64,000 nucleotides of DNA from assembly GCA_900319935.1 (NCBI GenBank), contig ONQJ01000006.1:94-64093 (forward strand), in the 5' to 3' direction. The notes under the pieces were generated by a model. It made no database searches. It saw nothing but the letters and a program-made list of their open reading frames with translations, and was not told the DNA's origin. This document shows positions 41,557 to 52,093 of this stretch, piece by piece. Source of the stretch: an uncultured Eubacteriales bacterium (lineage in GTDB: Bacteria > Bacillota > Clostridia > Oscillospirales > Oscillospiraceae). The position numbers and the translations under genes were made by a program. Each line of letters opens with the position of its first letter. Within the stretch, counting starts at the first letter, position 1.

Positions 41557-43461
41557 TCAGAGCACGCTCTTTTCGTAGTCCTCGAGCAGCTTCATAAACA
41601 GCGCCGCCTCCGCGTCGGAGGGCATGCGCAGCCCCGTGCGCGGCGAGACGGAGAAGGCCTCGACGGCGGGTCCGTCCATCAGACAGCTGCGCTTGAACTG
41701 CTGGCCGAAGAGACGCGTGCAGTAGCTCCTGAGCCACTTGACCAGCTCCGCGTCCGAGAACTCGTCGCCGTAGGCTGCCTTCGCCAGACGAAGGGTCTTG
41801 ATGGGATCAAAGCCGCAGATGAGGAGCTTGTGCGTAAAGAAATCCTGAAGGCTGTAAGAGCCGACGGAATCCTCGCTCTTCTGCTCGATGAGATCGTCGT
41901 GGATCGGCAGCAGCTCCGGCGAGACGGGGCAGTCGAGCACGTCGTAGAGCGCGGCCTTGAGGATCTTGTCGTCCGTCCCGGCGGCGATGTGCGCGACCGC
42001 GGCGCGGACCTGGGTCTTGGTCATGCCGAGGTTCACGTCGTACATGCTCGTATGGTCGCCGTTGTAGGTGCACCAGCCGTCGATGTATTCGCTCAGATCC
42101 TCTGTCCCGACGTCGAGACCGCCGCACTTGTTGGCGATGTCCATCAGGATCTGCGTGCGCTCGCGCGCCTGGGCGTTCTCGAAGGCGACGGAGTAGTCGT
42201 CATGGGCGTGGCCGATGTCGTCGAAGTGCTGCAGCACGCTTTTCGTAATGTCGATCACACGCACCTCGGCGCCGATCTGCTCGGCGACGACGACGGCGTT
42301 GGATTTGGTGCGGGAGGAGGTGCCGAAGCAGGGCATCGTGCAGGCGATCACGTTCGTGGAGGGCAGGCCCATGCGCTTGACCGCCATCGAGCTGATCAGT
42401 ACGGCCAGCGTGGAATCCACGCCGCCGGAGATGCCGACGACGCAGTGGTCGAGATGCGCGTATTCCATGCGCTTGACGAGCCCGGAGATCTGGATGTCGA
42501 GCATGCGCTCGCAGTATTTCCGAAGGGCTTCCTCTCCCTCGGGCAGATGCGGGTGCTTGCGGTAGGGGCGGGTGAGGACGGTGTCCGAAAGCTCACGGCC
42601 CCAGAATTCGATGCAAAGCTCGCTTCCCGGCACGTCGTAGCCGCCCGCCGCCCTGCGGAGATTCATCAGGTACTGCACGTCGATCTCGCTGACGGCCAGG
42701 CTGTCAGCGCCTTCGCTCTGCGCAAGCAGCTCGCCGTTTTCCGCGATGAGACACAGACCGGAATAGCTGTTGTCGGTCGTGCTCTCGCCCCGGCCGGGCG
42801 CGGCCAGCAGCAGAGAACAGCACAGGCGCTTCGAGAGGGCCAGGAGCTCGCTTTTTCTCTCGTCGTCGGAGTAAACGGTCTGCGGGAAGGAGGCCATCTG
42901 CACGACGAGCGTCGCGCCCTCCAGCGCGTAAGCGCAGGCGGGAGAGAGCGGCTCGTCGAGATCGGCGCCGAGCTCGACGGCGACGGAGAGATCGCCGAGA
43001 GCGGCGTGGGTGAAAAGCGTGTTCGAGCACAGGCAGCTCTCGAAGGCGCCGACGGAGACCGGATCGCCGTCTCCTTCATACTCGGCGAAGGGGCTGTTCT
43101 TCACGCTTTCGCGGGGAACGAGACCCAGCAGCTCGCCGTCGCAGATCACGGCGGCGACGCTCAAAAGCTTTGCGCCGAAAGCGTAGGGAAGACCGACAAA
43201 AAGAAGCATGTCCTTTCCCTTGCTCGCTTCGATCACGCGCTCGAGCGCGCGCAGCGCGCCGTCGAGGACAACGCGGTGCCGGAAGAGATCTCCGCAGGTG
43301 ACGCCCGTGAGCGTCAGCTCGGGGAAAGCGAGTACCTTGACGCCGAGCGCTGCCGCCTTTTCGATCTCTTCGATCACGCGGGAGGCGTTATAGTCGCAGT
43401 CCGCGACCCGGATCACGGGCGCGGCCGCGGCGACTTTTACGAATCCGTCTTTCATTTCCAA
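41557..43461 (-). CDS. nadE: glutamine-dependent NAD+ synthetase
   Basis: 634 aa. N-terminal C-N hydrolase domain and C-terminal synthetase domain with the SGGVDS PP-loop. Confidence 0.9.
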   Translation of the reverse strand: MEMKDGFVKVAAAAPVIRVADCDYNASRVIEEIEKAAALGVKVLAFPELTLTGVTCGDLFRHRVVLDGALRALERVIEASKGKDMLLFVGLPYAFGAKLLSVAAVICDGELLGLVPRESVKNSPFAEYEGDGDPVSVGAFESCLCSNTLFTHAALGDLSVAVELGADLDEPLSPACAYALEGATLVVQMASFPQTVYSDDERKSELLALSKRLCCSLLLAAPGRGESTTDNSYSGLCLIAENGELLAQSEGADSLAVSEIDVQYLMNLRRAAGGYDVPGSELCIEFWGRELSDTVLTRPYRKHPHLPEGEEALRKYCERMLDIQISGLVKRMEYAHLDHCVVGISGGVDSTLAVLISSMAVKRMGLPSTNVIACTMPCFGTSSRTKSNAVVVAEQIGAEVRVIDITKSVLQHFDDIGHAHDDYSVAFENAQARERTQILMDIANKCGGLDVGTEDLSEYIDGWCTYNGDHTSMYDVNLGMTKTQVRAAVAHIAAGTDDKILKAALYDVLDCPVSPELLPIHDDLIEQKSEDSVGSYSLQDFFTHKLLICGFDPIKTLRLAKAAYGDEFSDAELVKWLRSYCTRLFGQQFKRSCLMDGPAVEAFSVSPRTGLRMPSDAEAALFMKLLEDYEKSVL

Positions 43462-43548
43462 TCCTTTCCATATAGCCTTCCCCCTCGGGGGAAGGTGTCA
43501 CGCGCATGCGTGACGGATGAGGGGTTTACCGTTCTTTTGATCGTCCGA

Positions 43549-44973
43549 TCAGAACCTGACGCGCTCGGCGATATAGTCCCTGACCTCGGAGATGGGGATG
43601 CGGACCTGCGCCATGCTGTCGCGGTCGCGGATCGTGACGCAGTGGTCGGCCTCGTCCGTCTCGGTGCCGACGGTGTTGAAGTCGAAGGTGATGCAGAAGG
43701 GCGTGCCGATCTCATCCTCGCGGCGGTAGCGCTTGCCGATCGAGCCGGTCTCGTCATAGTCGCACATGAAATCCTTCGACAGCTCGCGGTAGAGCTCCAT
43801 CGCGGGGCCGGTCAGGACCTCTTTCTTCGACAGCGGCAGGATCGCGCACTTGTAGGGCGCGAGCGCCGGGTGCAGGTGCAGCACGGTGCGGATATCGTCG
43901 TTGCCCTTCTTGTCCTGCCCGACGACCTGCTCGTCATAGGCCTCGCACAGGAAGGCGAGGGCGACGCGGTCGCAGCCGAGCGAGGGCTCGATGACGTAGG
44001 GGATATAGTGTTCGTTCGTGTCCTGATCGAAATACGTCAGATCCTTGCCGGAGGCCTCCTGATGGCGGCCGAGGTCGTAGTCCGTGCGGTCGGCGATGCC
44101 CCAGAGCTCGCCCCAGTCGGTGAAGGGGAAGGCGTATTCGATGTCGGTCGTGGCGCGGGAGTAGAAGGCAAGCTCGGCCTTCTCATGGTCGCGCAGACGC
44201 AGGTGCTCCTCGGAGATGCCGAGGGAGAGCAGCCAGTTTTTGCAGAAGTCCTTCCAGTAGGCGAACCACTCGAGGTCCGTGCCGGGCTTGCAGAAAAATT
44301 CGCACTCCATCTGCTCGAACTCACGGGTGCGGAAGGTGAAGTTGCCCGGGGTGATCTCGTTGCGGAAGGCCTTGCCGACCTGGCAGACGCCGAAGGGCAG
44401 CTTTCTTCTGGTCGTGCGCTGGATGTTGGCGAAGTTGACAAAGATGCCCTGCGCGGTCTCGGGGCGCAGATAGCAGATGGAGGAGGAGTCCTCGGTCACG
44501 CCGATGGAGGTCTTGAACATGAGGTTGAACTTGCGGATGGGCGTGAAGTTGTGCTGGCCGCACACGGGGCAGACGATGTCCTCGTGTCCGGCGATGAAGG
44601 CGTCCATCTCGTCGAAGGTCATCGCGTCGACGTTGACCTCGGAATGCTCCTCGCCGATGAGCTTGTCGGCGCGATGGCGCGCCTTGCAGCTGCGGCAGTC
44701 GAGCAGGGGGTCGGAGAAGCCGGCCACGTGTCCGGTCGTCACCCAGGTCTGCGGGTTCATCAGGATCGCCGCGTCGAGACCGACGTTATAGGGGCTCTCC
44801 TGCACGAATTTTTTCAGCCACGCTTTTTTGACGTTGTTTTTGAACTCGACGCCCAGAGGGCCGTAGTCCCAGGAGTTGGCAAGACCGCCGTAGATCTCGC
44901 TGCCGGCGTAGACGAAGCCGCGGTTTTTGCACAGGGCGACGATCTTGTCCATCGTTTTTTCGTTATGTTCCAT
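43549..44973 (-). CDS. glyQS: glycine--tRNA ligase (alpha2 type)
   Basis: The start at [31 protein letters not shown] (44973) follows AGGAAG. Class II motifs are present throughout. Confidence 0.9.
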   Translation of the reverse strand: MEHNEKTMDKIVALCKNRGFVYAGSEIYGGLANSWDYGPLGVEFKNNVKKAWLKKFVQESPYNVGLDAAILMNPQTWVTTGHVAGFSDPLLDCRSCKARHRADKLIGEEHSEVNVDAMTFDEMDAFIAGHEDIVCPVCGQHNFTPIRKFNLMFKTSIGVTEDSSSICYLRPETAQGIFVNFANIQRTTRRKLPFGVCQVGKAFRNEITPGNFTFRTREFEQMECEFFCKPGTDLEWFAYWKDFCKNWLLSLGISEEHLRLRDHEKAELAFYSRATTDIEYAFPFTDWGELWGIADRTDYDLGRHQEASGKDLTYFDQDTNEHYIPYVIEPSLGCDRVALAFLCEAYDEQVVGQDKKGNDDIRTVLHLHPALAPYKCAILPLSKKEVLTGPAMELYRELSKDFMCDYDETGSIGKRYRREDEIGTPFCITFDFNTVGTETDEADHCVTIRDRDSMAQVRIPISEVRDYIAERVRF

Positions 44974-45132
44974 GTTTTCTTCCTTTCCCGCGGCTGGCTG
45001 CCGCAGAGAGATATTTGCAATTGACAAACAAACAATATATCAGATTATCCCCGCGACTTCAATAAAAATGTCCCTTCAGCGTCGGAAAATGGGAAAGATT
45101 TCTTAAAAAAACAAAAATGTCGAAAAAAAGTG

Positions 45133-45161
45133 TTAACATAACGCTTGCCATGGTGTATAAT
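45133..45161 (+). promoter_or_regulatory. sigma-A type promoter for the deacetylase gene
   Basis: TTAACA at 45133-45138, 17-nt spacer ending TGGTG, TATAAT at 45156-45161. Confidence 0.5.
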
Positions 45162-45208
45162 AACACGGTAATGTCCCGCAGACTAAAGAAGAGGACGAGC
45201 AGAACAGG

Positions 45209-46708
45209 ATGAGGGCCGAAGTGAAGAAGACAAAAAACAAAGAGCCCGTCGCAAGCGGCAGGATCAAAAAAGCATACAGAAGGAAGCGGACCGCCATCAT
45301 CGCGGCGATCACGCTGATCTATCTTGTCATCGTCGCCGCAGCCGCGGTGATCATCGACGACAGACATATCGAGATCACGCTCCTCGGGGACGAGGACCAG
45401 CTTGCCGAGGCGGGAGAGAACTATGTCGATCCCGGCGCGGAGGCCTATTTCACGGGAAATCTCTTCGGCCGGACGAAGCGGCCCGTGGAGGTCCGCACGG
45501 AGAGCGGCGTGGACACGACGGCGCTGGGCGACTATGTGGTGAAATACAGCGCCGAGGCCTTCGGACGCAGCGCCGAGAGCTATCGCCGCGTCCATGTGCG
45601 CGACACGATGCCCCCGGTCATCACGCTCGAGCATGAAAAGGATTATCTGGCCAGCTGGCTCGTCGGCTACAAGGAAGAGGGCTTCACGGCGGTCGATGCC
45701 TTTGACGGAGATCTGACGGACAAGGTCGTGCGTACGGAAACCGGAGACGCGGTGTATTACAGCGTCGTCGATTCCTCCGGCAACGAATGCGCCGTCGAGC
45801 GGGTGATCGAATACGGCATATCCGAGCCGATGATCCGTCTCACCGGCGGAGAAGAGGTCGATGTCGGCGCGGCCTTCACCTTTACGGATCCCGGCTACGA
45901 GGCCACGGACGAGAGCGGCAACGACCTGACGAGCTACGTACAGGTCACGGGCGAGGTCATCCCCTGGAAGGTCGGCAGCTACGAGCTGAACTACTATATC
46001 ATGAACGAGCAGGGCGAGACCGCGACGGCGCGCCGCACGGTCAATATCGTGCCGCAGCCCATGGAGCCGATGGTCATCCCCGAGGAAAAGACGATCTACC
46101 TGACCTTTGACGACGGTCCCGGCCCCTACACGGGGCAGCTGCTCGATATCCTGGCGCGCTACGGCGTTAAGGCCACCTTCTTCGTCACCGGCGACGACCC
46201 GGATTACAACGACCTGATCGGCCGCGCCTATCGCGAGGGACACACCATCGGCGTGCACACCTTCTCGCACGATTACTATCGGATCTATTCCAGCGATCAG
46301 GCCTTCTTTGACGACTTTCTGGCCACGGAGGACCTGATCTACGAGCAGACGGGCACCTATTCCAGGCTCTTCCGCTTCCCGGGCGGAAGCAGCAACACCG
46401 TCAGCCGGAATTACAACTACGGCATCATGTCCCGTCTGGCCAAGACCTTCACCGATATGGGCTACGTCTATTTCGACTGGAACGTGACCAGCGGCGATGC
46501 CGGCGAGACCAGCTCGACCTACCGCGTGATCGAAAACGTCGCGGCGGGCTGCAGCGAGAATACCGTCAACGTCGTGCTGCAGCACGACATCAAGGGCTTC
46601 AGCGTCGACGCGGTCGCGCAAATCATCAACTGGGGACGCAACCACGGCTATACCTTCAAGGCCCTCGACGAGACCAGCTTCACCGCGCATCACGAGATCG
46701 CGAACTAA
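45209..46708 (+). CDS. polysaccharide deacetylase (CE4) family protein with N-terminal anchor and Ig-like (DUF5011-type) domains
   Basis: 499 aa. The NodB motifs are LTFDDGP and HTFSHD. Confidence 0.85.
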   Translation: MRAEVKKTKNKEPVASGRIKKAYRRKRTAIIAAITLIYLVIVAAAAVIIDDRHIEITLLGDEDQLAEAGENYVDPGAEAYFTGNLFGRTKRPVEVRTESGVDTTALGDYVVKYSAEAFGRSAESYRRVHVRDTMPPVITLEHEKDYLASWLVGYKEEGFTAVDAFDGDLTDKVVRTETGDAVYYSVVDSSGNECAVERVIEYGISEPMIRLTGGEEVDVGAAFTFTDPGYEATDESGNDLTSYVQVTGEVIPWKVGSYELNYYIMNEQGETATARRTVNIVPQPMEPMVIPEEKTIYLTFDDGPGPYTGQLLDILARYGVKATFFVTGDDPDYNDLIGRAYREGHTIGVHTFSHDYYRIYSSDQAFFDDFLATEDLIYEQTGTYSRLFRFPGGSSNTVSRNYNYGIMSRLAKTFTDMGYVYFDWNVTSGDAGETSSTYRVIENVAAGCSENTVNVVLQHDIKGFSVDAVAQIINWGRNHGYTFKALDETSFTAHHEIAN

Positions 46709-46803
46709 CAGGATTGACAATCGCACGGCGCAGGATTTATAGTAATCCTGCGCCGCATTTTTCTTGAAAAAGCGACAGCCTATTCGGATAAGGAGAATGA
46801 GAT

Positions 46804-47568
46804 ATGATCCTTGCCATCGACGTGGGAAACACCAACATCGTGATCGGCTGCATCGACGGGGGAGAGATCCTCAACGTCGTCCGGATCCATACGGACACGC
46901 GCGAGACCGAGGCGGAATATACGATCAAGCTCAAGGAGATCATTTATGCCTACGGTATGGATCTCAAGTCCATCGACGGCGCGATCCTCTCCTCCGTGGT
47001 CCCGCCCGTGACGGAGGCGATCCGCCGCGCCGTGCGTCAGCTGACCGGGCTCGACTGCATGGTCGTCGGCCCCGGCGTCAGGACCGGGATGAACGTGCGC
47101 GTCGACGATCCCGGCACCGTCGCGGGCGACCTGATCGTCGGAGGCGTCGCCGCCATGCATTATTACGGCACGCCGGCGATCGTGCTCGATCTCGGGACGG
47201 CGACGACCGCCACGGTCATCGACAGGAACGGCTGCTTCAGCGGCGGCGCGATCATGCCCGGCGTCAAGCTGTCCTACGGCGCGCTGGCGGCCGGGACGAG
47301 CCTGCTGCCGGAGATCTCCATCACGCCGCCGAAAAAGTGCATCGCGACCAATACGGTCGACTGTATGCGCTCCGGCGCCGTATTCGGAACGGCGGCCATG
47401 ATAGACGGACTGATAGACCGCATGGAGGAGGAGCTGGGCATGAAATGCACGGTCGTGGCGACCGGCGGGCTTGCTTCCAGCATCGTGCCCTGCTGCCGGC
47501 ACGAGATCGTCTGCGACGACGATCTGCTGCTCAAGGGCATGTGGTACCTCTACGAGAAAAACAAATAA
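46804..47568 (+). CDS. coaX: type III pantothenate kinase
   Basis: 254 aa. Motifs ILAIDVGNTN, DLGTATT and ATGG are present. Confidence 0.9.
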   Translation: MILAIDVGNTNIVIGCIDGGEILNVVRIHTDTRETEAEYTIKLKEIIYAYGMDLKSIDGAILSSVVPPVTEAIRRAVRQLTGLDCMVVGPGVRTGMNVRVDDPGTVAGDLIVGGVAAMHYYGTPAIVLDLGTATTATVIDRNGCFSGGAIMPGVKLSYGALAAGTSLLPEISITPPKKCIATNTVDCMRSGAVFGTAAMIDGLIDRMEEELGMKCTVVATGGLASSIVPCCRHEIVCDDDLLLKGMWYLYEKNK

Positions 47569-47606
47569 AAAAACGCCTGAGCCCCTCGGGCTCAGGCGCA
47601 TTTTTC
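47567..47606. terminator. bidirectional rho-independent terminator
   Basis: A-run, CGCCTGAGCCC-CTC-GGGCTCAGGCG, then CATTTTT. It lies between convergent coaX and hypB. Confidence 0.8.
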
Positions 47607-47616
47607 AGATAAAAGC

Positions 47617-48288
47617 TCAGTCGGCGTTCCAGGCGCGGATCTGTTCGCGCAGCCAGTTCGCCCACTCGTCGATCCCCTCGCCGGTGCGGGCGGAGATCGG
47701 AATGATCTTCATGTTGGGATTGAGACGGCGCACGTACTTCTCACAGGCCTCGAGATCAAAGTCGAAGTAGGGGAGCACGTCGATCTTGTTGATCAGCAGC
47801 ACGTCGCAGATCGAGAACATCAGCGGGTACTTCAGGGGCTTGTCGTCGCCCTCCGGAACGGAGAGGATCATCGCGTTTTTCGACGAGCCGGTGTCGAACT
47901 CCGCCGGGCAGACGAGGTTGCCGATGTTTTCGAGGATAGCGAAGTCCACGTCGTTCACGCCGAGGCCCTCGAGCCCCTGGCGCGTCATGCCGGCGTCGAG
48001 GTGGCACATGCCGCCGGTGTGCAGCTGGATGACCTTCGCGCCGGTCTTTTCGATCGTCGCGGCGTCTACGTCGGAGTCGATGTCGGCCTCCATCACGCCG
48101 ATGCGGAACTCGTCCTTGAGCGCGGCGATGGTTCGGCGGAGCGTGGTTGTCTTGCCGCTGCCGGGAGAGCTCATCAGGTTGAGCAGAAAGACCTTGTCTT
48201 TTTTCAATTCGGCGCGCAGCTTGTCAGCCTCGCGGTCGTTGCTTTCAAATACACTTTGCTTGATCTCCAGAACGCGGAAGCCTTCCAT
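47617..48288 (-). CDS. hypB: hydrogenase/urease-type nickel-incorporation GTPase HypB
   Basis: 223 aa. P-loop SSPGSGKTT, the CH motif (GGMCHLDA) and ENIGNLVCP are present. Confidence 0.85.
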   Translation of the reverse strand: MEGFRVLEIKQSVFESNDREADKLRAELKKDKVFLLNLMSSPGSGKTTTLRRTIAALKDEFRIGVMEADIDSDVDAATIEKTGAKVIQLHTGGMCHLDAGMTRQGLEGLGVNDVDFAILENIGNLVCPAEFDTGSSKNAMILSVPEGDDKPLKYPLMFSICDVLLINKIDVLPYFDFDLEACEKYVRRLNPNMKIIPISARTGEGIDEWANWLREQIRAWNAD

Positions 48289-48371
48289 GGTGATCCCTCC
48301 AGTAAGAGTTTGTTGATAACATCCTGCATCTTATCACGCATCGGGTGTTTTTTCAAGATGAGGAAGACAGA

Positions 48372-49037
48372 ATGAGATACAAAGCGATACTTTTCGATAT
48401 GGACGGCACGGTGCTCGACACGCTGCGCGATCTCAACGCCGCGGCGAACACCGCGCTCGCGGAATTCGGCTTTCCGGCCATGAGCCTCGACGAGACGCGG
48501 CGGCGGGTCGGGAACGGCTCGCGCCGCCTGCTTGAGCTTTCCCTGCCGGAGGGAACGCCGGACGATATCCTCGACAGGATCCTCGCGTGGTATCTGCCGT
48601 ATTACAATGCCCACGCCAACGACACGACGGCGCCCTACCCGGGGATCGCGGAGCTCCTCGCCGCGCTCAAAGCGGCCGGGACTCCGCTGGCGGTCGTTTC
48701 CAACAAGCCTGACCGGACGGTGAAGGAGCTCGCCGCGATCCATTTCCCGGGCCTGCTGGAGATCGCCGTGGGCGAGAACGAGGCCGGCGGCGTGCGCCGC
48801 AAGCCCTGGCCGGACACGCTTCTGACGGCGGCGGCAGCCCTGGGCGTCGAGCCGGGCGACTGTCTCTACGTGGGCGATTCGGAGGTCGACGTGCTGACGG
48901 CCGGGCGCGCGGGGATGGACTGCGCTTCGGTGCTCTGGGGCTTTCGCAGCCGGGAAGAGCTGGAACAGGCGGGCGCGAAGCTCTTTTTCAACACGCCGGA
49001 GGAGTTGGAAGGATTCATCCTGAAAAGAAAAGACTGA
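48372..49037 (+). CDS. HAD-IA family hydrolase (phosphoglycolate phosphatase-like)
   Basis: The start at MRYKAILFDMDGTVLDT follows GAGGAAG. The DxDGT and GDSEVD motifs are present. Confidence 0.85.
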   Translation: MRYKAILFDMDGTVLDTLRDLNAAANTALAEFGFPAMSLDETRRRVGNGSRRLLELSLPEGTPDDILDRILAWYLPYYNAHANDTTAPYPGIAELLAALKAAGTPLAVVSNKPDRTVKELAAIHFPGLLEIAVGENEAGGVRRKPWPDTLLTAAAALGVEPGDCLYVGDSEVDVLTAGRAGMDCASVLWGFRSREELEQAGAKLFFNTPEELEGFILKRKD

Positions 49038-49091
49038 AACCCGAAAAGGATAAAAAGCGAGAGGATGCAGGATCACGCGTCCTCTCGCTTT

Positions 49092-49796
49092 TTACAGCGG
49101 CTGTTTTTTGATCTGCGCCCATCGGCGCGGATATTTCGGCGGCGTTTCGGCGATCTTGCGGATCAGGATCGCGCTGTGGCGGACCTCCGTCCCGGGAATG
49201 AGATAATCCTTTTCCGCTTCGACCTGTCCGCCGAGCAGACGCACGGCGTTCTTCGCCTCGCGGAGCTCCTCGGCGTGTTCCGAGCCCTTCATGGCTATGA
49301 ACAGCCCGCCGGTTTTCACCAGAGGCAGACAGAGCTCGCAGAGGACGTTCAGCCGCGCCACCGCGCGGGAAACGGCGATATCGAAGCCGCCGCGCCAGGC
49401 CTTCGGCGCTTCCTCGGCGCGCGCGTGCACGCAGGAGACGTCGTCAAGGCCGAGCTTTTCGCAGGTCTCGCGCAGAAAGCCGATGCGCTTGTCGAGACTG
49501 TCGAGCAGCACGAGGGAGATGTCCGGACGGGCGATCTTCAGCGCAAGACCCGGAAAACCGGCGCCCGTGCCGACGTCGATCACATGCTTCCCGCCGAAAT
49601 CCGCGAGCCTCAGCAGCGCGGCGCTGTCGAGAAAATGAAGCCGGGCCGTTTCGTCCTCGCCCTCGATCGCGGTGAGGTTCATCACCTTGTTCGTCTCCTC
49701 GAGCGCGTCCGCGTAAAGACGATAACGCTCCAAAGCCCGATCGTCGAGCGGCAGGGAATACTCCGCAAAGCCGGAGAGAAGGATCTCTTCGAGCAT
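49092..49796 (-). CDS. rsmG: 16S rRNA (guanine527-N7)-methyltransferase RsmG
   Basis: 234 aa. NKVMNLTAI...HFLDS...DVGTGAGFPGL fits RsmG. Confidence 0.9.
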   Translation of the reverse strand: MLEEILLSGFAEYSLPLDDRALERYRLYADALEETNKVMNLTAIEGEDETARLHFLDSAALLRLADFGGKHVIDVGTGAGFPGLALKIARPDISLVLLDSLDKRIGFLRETCEKLGLDDVSCVHARAEEAPKAWRGGFDIAVSRAVARLNVLCELCLPLVKTGGLFIAMKGSEHAEELREAKNAVRLLGGQVEAEKDYLIPGTEVRHSAILIRKIAETPPKYPRRWAQIKKQPL

Positions 49797-49799
49797 GGC

Positions 49800-50054
49800 T
49801 TATTCCGCCTGTTCGAGCGAGAGCCTGAGCGCTTTGGCGAGCTGGTCCGGGCAGGAGGTGGCCTTGCGGCCGCAGCGCACGCCTTCAAGGCGGTGGATGA
49901 CCTCCTCTACCTCCATCCCCTCGATCAGCTTCGCGATGCCTTTGAGATTGCCGTCGCAGCCGCCCATGACGGAAAAGCTTTTGACCTTGCCGTCCTCGGT
50001 CTCAATCTCCATGAGCTGGGAGCAGACGCCCCGCGGTCTGTAAGTGAATTTCAT
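49800..50054 (-). CDS. TSCPD-domain small protein (TIGR03905-like)
   Basis: The start at MKFTYRPRGVCS gives 84 aa. The sequence contains GGCDGNLKGI...RCG.KATSCPDQL. Confidence 0.75.
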   Translation of the reverse strand: MKFTYRPRGVCSQLMEIETEDGKVKSFSVMGGCDGNLKGIAKLIEGMEVEEVIHRLEGVRCGRKATSCPDQLAKALRLSLEQAE

Positions 50055-50175
50055 GTTTTTTCGCTCCTCACGCGTTTTTTTGCATGATAACACCCCCCGC
50101 GCTTTTTCGTCAAGATGCGCCGGACATATCCGGCGCATGCGGACGCATACGATGTTGAGAAAGGCGGGGGAGAGG

Positions 50176-51168
50176 ATGTTGAGCAAGGCGAAAAAACTGG
50201 CGCTGCTCGGCGCGGCGGCGCTGCTGATCTATGCGCGCTGCCGTGGCTCTGAAAACGGAGAGCGGACGCAGCCGGTCACGGTGCGGGCCGAGGCGGAGAG
50301 GAGCGCGGCGGAGACGATCTCCGCGCGGGAGAGCGAGCAGCCGACGCCCATCCACGCGCCCGCCTCCGCGGCCGAGGAATGGGAGGAGAGCTTTTTTGCG
50401 CCTTCGCGGGCGGAAGCGGCGGTCGCCATGACGATCGGAAACTCGGCGATGCTGAAAAACGAAACGGGCTATGCCGTCGACGCCGACGCGATCGCGCAGG
50501 GAGGCACGCCGATCCGGCTTGCCTCGGACGGGCCGCAAATCCTCATCATCCACACGCACTCGTCCGAGGCCTACACGCCCGCGGGTCTCGACCGCTATGA
50601 AGAGAGCGACAATACCCGCACGGAGGATCTCGAGCACAACATCATCCGCGTGGGAGACGAGCTGACGAGACTGCTGGAAAAGGCGGGACTGCGGGTGATC
50701 CACGACAGAGGGGTCTACGACTATCCGAGCTATACCGGATCCTACGCGCGTTCCGGCGCTGCGGTGGAGCAGTATCTGCGCGACTATCCGAGCATCTCCG
50801 TCGTGCTGGACGTCCACCGCGACGCGCTGGGAACGGACGAGGTGATATACAAGACGGTCGCCGAGGAGAACGGGACCTGCGCCAGCCAGGCGATGCTGCT
50901 CGTCGGCACGGACGAGAGCGGACTGGAGCATCCGTACTGGCGGGATAATCTGTCTCTGGCGCTGTATCTGCAGAAAGCGGTCTTTCAGACCTATCCGACG
51001 CTGATGCGGCCGGTCGCGCTCGTACCGCAGCGCTATAATCAGCAGCTCTGTCCGGGCATGCTGATCCTGGAGGTCGGCAGCAGCGGGAACACGCTGCAGG
51101 AGGCGCTCGCGGCGATCCGTCTCTTTGCCGCGGCCGCCGCTCCGGCGCTGCTCGCGCTGGTGGAATGA
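50176..51168 (+). CDS. spoIIP: stage II sporulation protein P
   Basis: The start at MLSKAKK follows GGGGGAGAGG. IIHTHSSEAY...VLDVHRDA is typical of SpoIIP. Confidence 0.85.
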   Translation: MLSKAKKLALLGAAALLIYARCRGSENGERTQPVTVRAEAERSAAETISARESEQPTPIHAPASAAEEWEESFFAPSRAEAAVAMTIGNSAMLKNETGYAVDADAIAQGGTPIRLASDGPQILIIHTHSSEAYTPAGLDRYEESDNTRTEDLEHNIIRVGDELTRLLEKAGLRVIHDRGVYDYPSYTGSYARSGAAVEQYLRDYPSISVVLDVHRDALGTDEVIYKTVAEENGTCASQAMLLVGTDESGLEHPYWRDNLSLALYLQKAVFQTYPTLMRPVALVPQRYNQQLCPGMLILEVGSSGNTLQEALAAIRLFAAAAAPALLALVE

Positions 51169-51273
51169 GCACGTATTCGGCGGATAATCCACTTTACAAA
51201 AAAGAAGCCTCATGCTATATTGAAACAGGATCAAACACGATCAAAACCATCATTACAAAGGAGAGAAACACCT

Positions 51274-51840
51274 ATGAAGAAATGGGTCTGCCCCGTCTGC
51301 GGTTACGTCCATGAGGGCGACACGCCCCCCGAAAAGTGCCCCGTCTGCAAGGTCCCCGGCGAGCGCTTCACGCTCCAGGCCGAGGAGATGAGCTGGGCCG
51401 CCGAGCACGTGCTGGGCGTCGGCAAGGTCTTCGGCGCGGACGTGCCGAAGGAAGTACAGGAAGAGATCATCTCAGGCCTCCGCGCCAACTTCGAGGGCGA
51501 GTGCAGCGAGGTCGGCATGTATCTGGCGATGGCCCGCGTGGCCTACCGCGAAGGCTATCCCGAGATCGGCGCTTACTGGGAAAAGGCCGGCCTTGAGGAG
51601 GCCGAGCACGCCGCCAAGTTCGCCGAGCTCCTCGGCGAAGTCCTGACCGACAGCAGCAAGAAGAACCTCGCCATGCGCGTCGACGCCGAGAACGGCGCGA
51701 CCGCCGGCAAGTTCGAGCTGGCCAAGCTCGCGAAGAAGTACAACCTCGACGCGATCCACGACACCGTCCATGAAATGGCCCGCGACGAAGCCCGCCACGG
51801 CAAGGCTTTCAAGGGCCTGCTGGAGCGTTACTTCGGCTGA
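51274..51840 (+). CDS. rubrerythrin family protein with N-terminal rubredoxin-like domain (reverse rubrerythrin arrangement)
   Basis: The start at [26 protein letters not shown] follows AAGGAGAG. The ferritin-like domain has E..E..H motifs. Confidence 0.85.
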   Translation: MKKWVCPVCGYVHEGDTPPEKCPVCKVPGERFTLQAEEMSWAAEHVLGVGKVFGADVPKEVQEEIISGLRANFEGECSEVGMYLAMARVAYREGYPEIGAYWEKAGLEEAEHAAKFAELLGEVLTDSSKKNLAMRVDAENGATAGKFELAKLAKKYNLDAIHDTVHEMARDEARHGKAFKGLLERYFG

Positions 51841-51868
51841 TCCTTTTGCCTGAGAGGGGGACAGAGCG

Positions 51869-52078
51869 GTGATCGCCAGGTTTTTCATCATCTTTATCGC
51901 CCTTCTTGCCGTCCTTGCGCTGATCGGCTTTCTGATGAAAAAGCGCGGCTTCGGCGGCAAGGAGACCGGGAGGGACGATCCCCTGTCCGAAAGCAACGTC
52001 AACAACGTCAACGACTTGAACGACCTGTTCAACCGCGCCCGCTACATGGATCGCGACGACGGACAGGGACAAGGCTGA
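51869..52078 (+). CDS. small hypothetical membrane-anchored protein
   Basis: 69 aa. GTG start 7 nt after GAGGGGGA. N-terminal TM helix, then a polar Asn/Asp-rich tail. Confidence 0.45.
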   Translation: MIARFFIIFIALLAVLALIGFLMKKRGFGGKETGRDDPLSESNVNNVNDLNDLFNRARYMDRDDGQGQG

Positions 52079-52093
52079 AAAGGAGCTCTGCGG

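Noticed and set aside
41482-45024. 1180-aa ORF on the plus strand
   Set aside because: It is antisense to nadE and glyQS, both of which have unmistakable motifs. The composition is typical of a shadow frame (rich in Ala, Gly, Val, Asp and Arg).
44974-45208. Possible T-box leader upstream of glyQS
   Set aside because: I could find no T-box consensus (GGUGGUACCGCG-like) or specifier/antiterminator arrangement on the minus strand. The region looks like a pair of divergent promoters.
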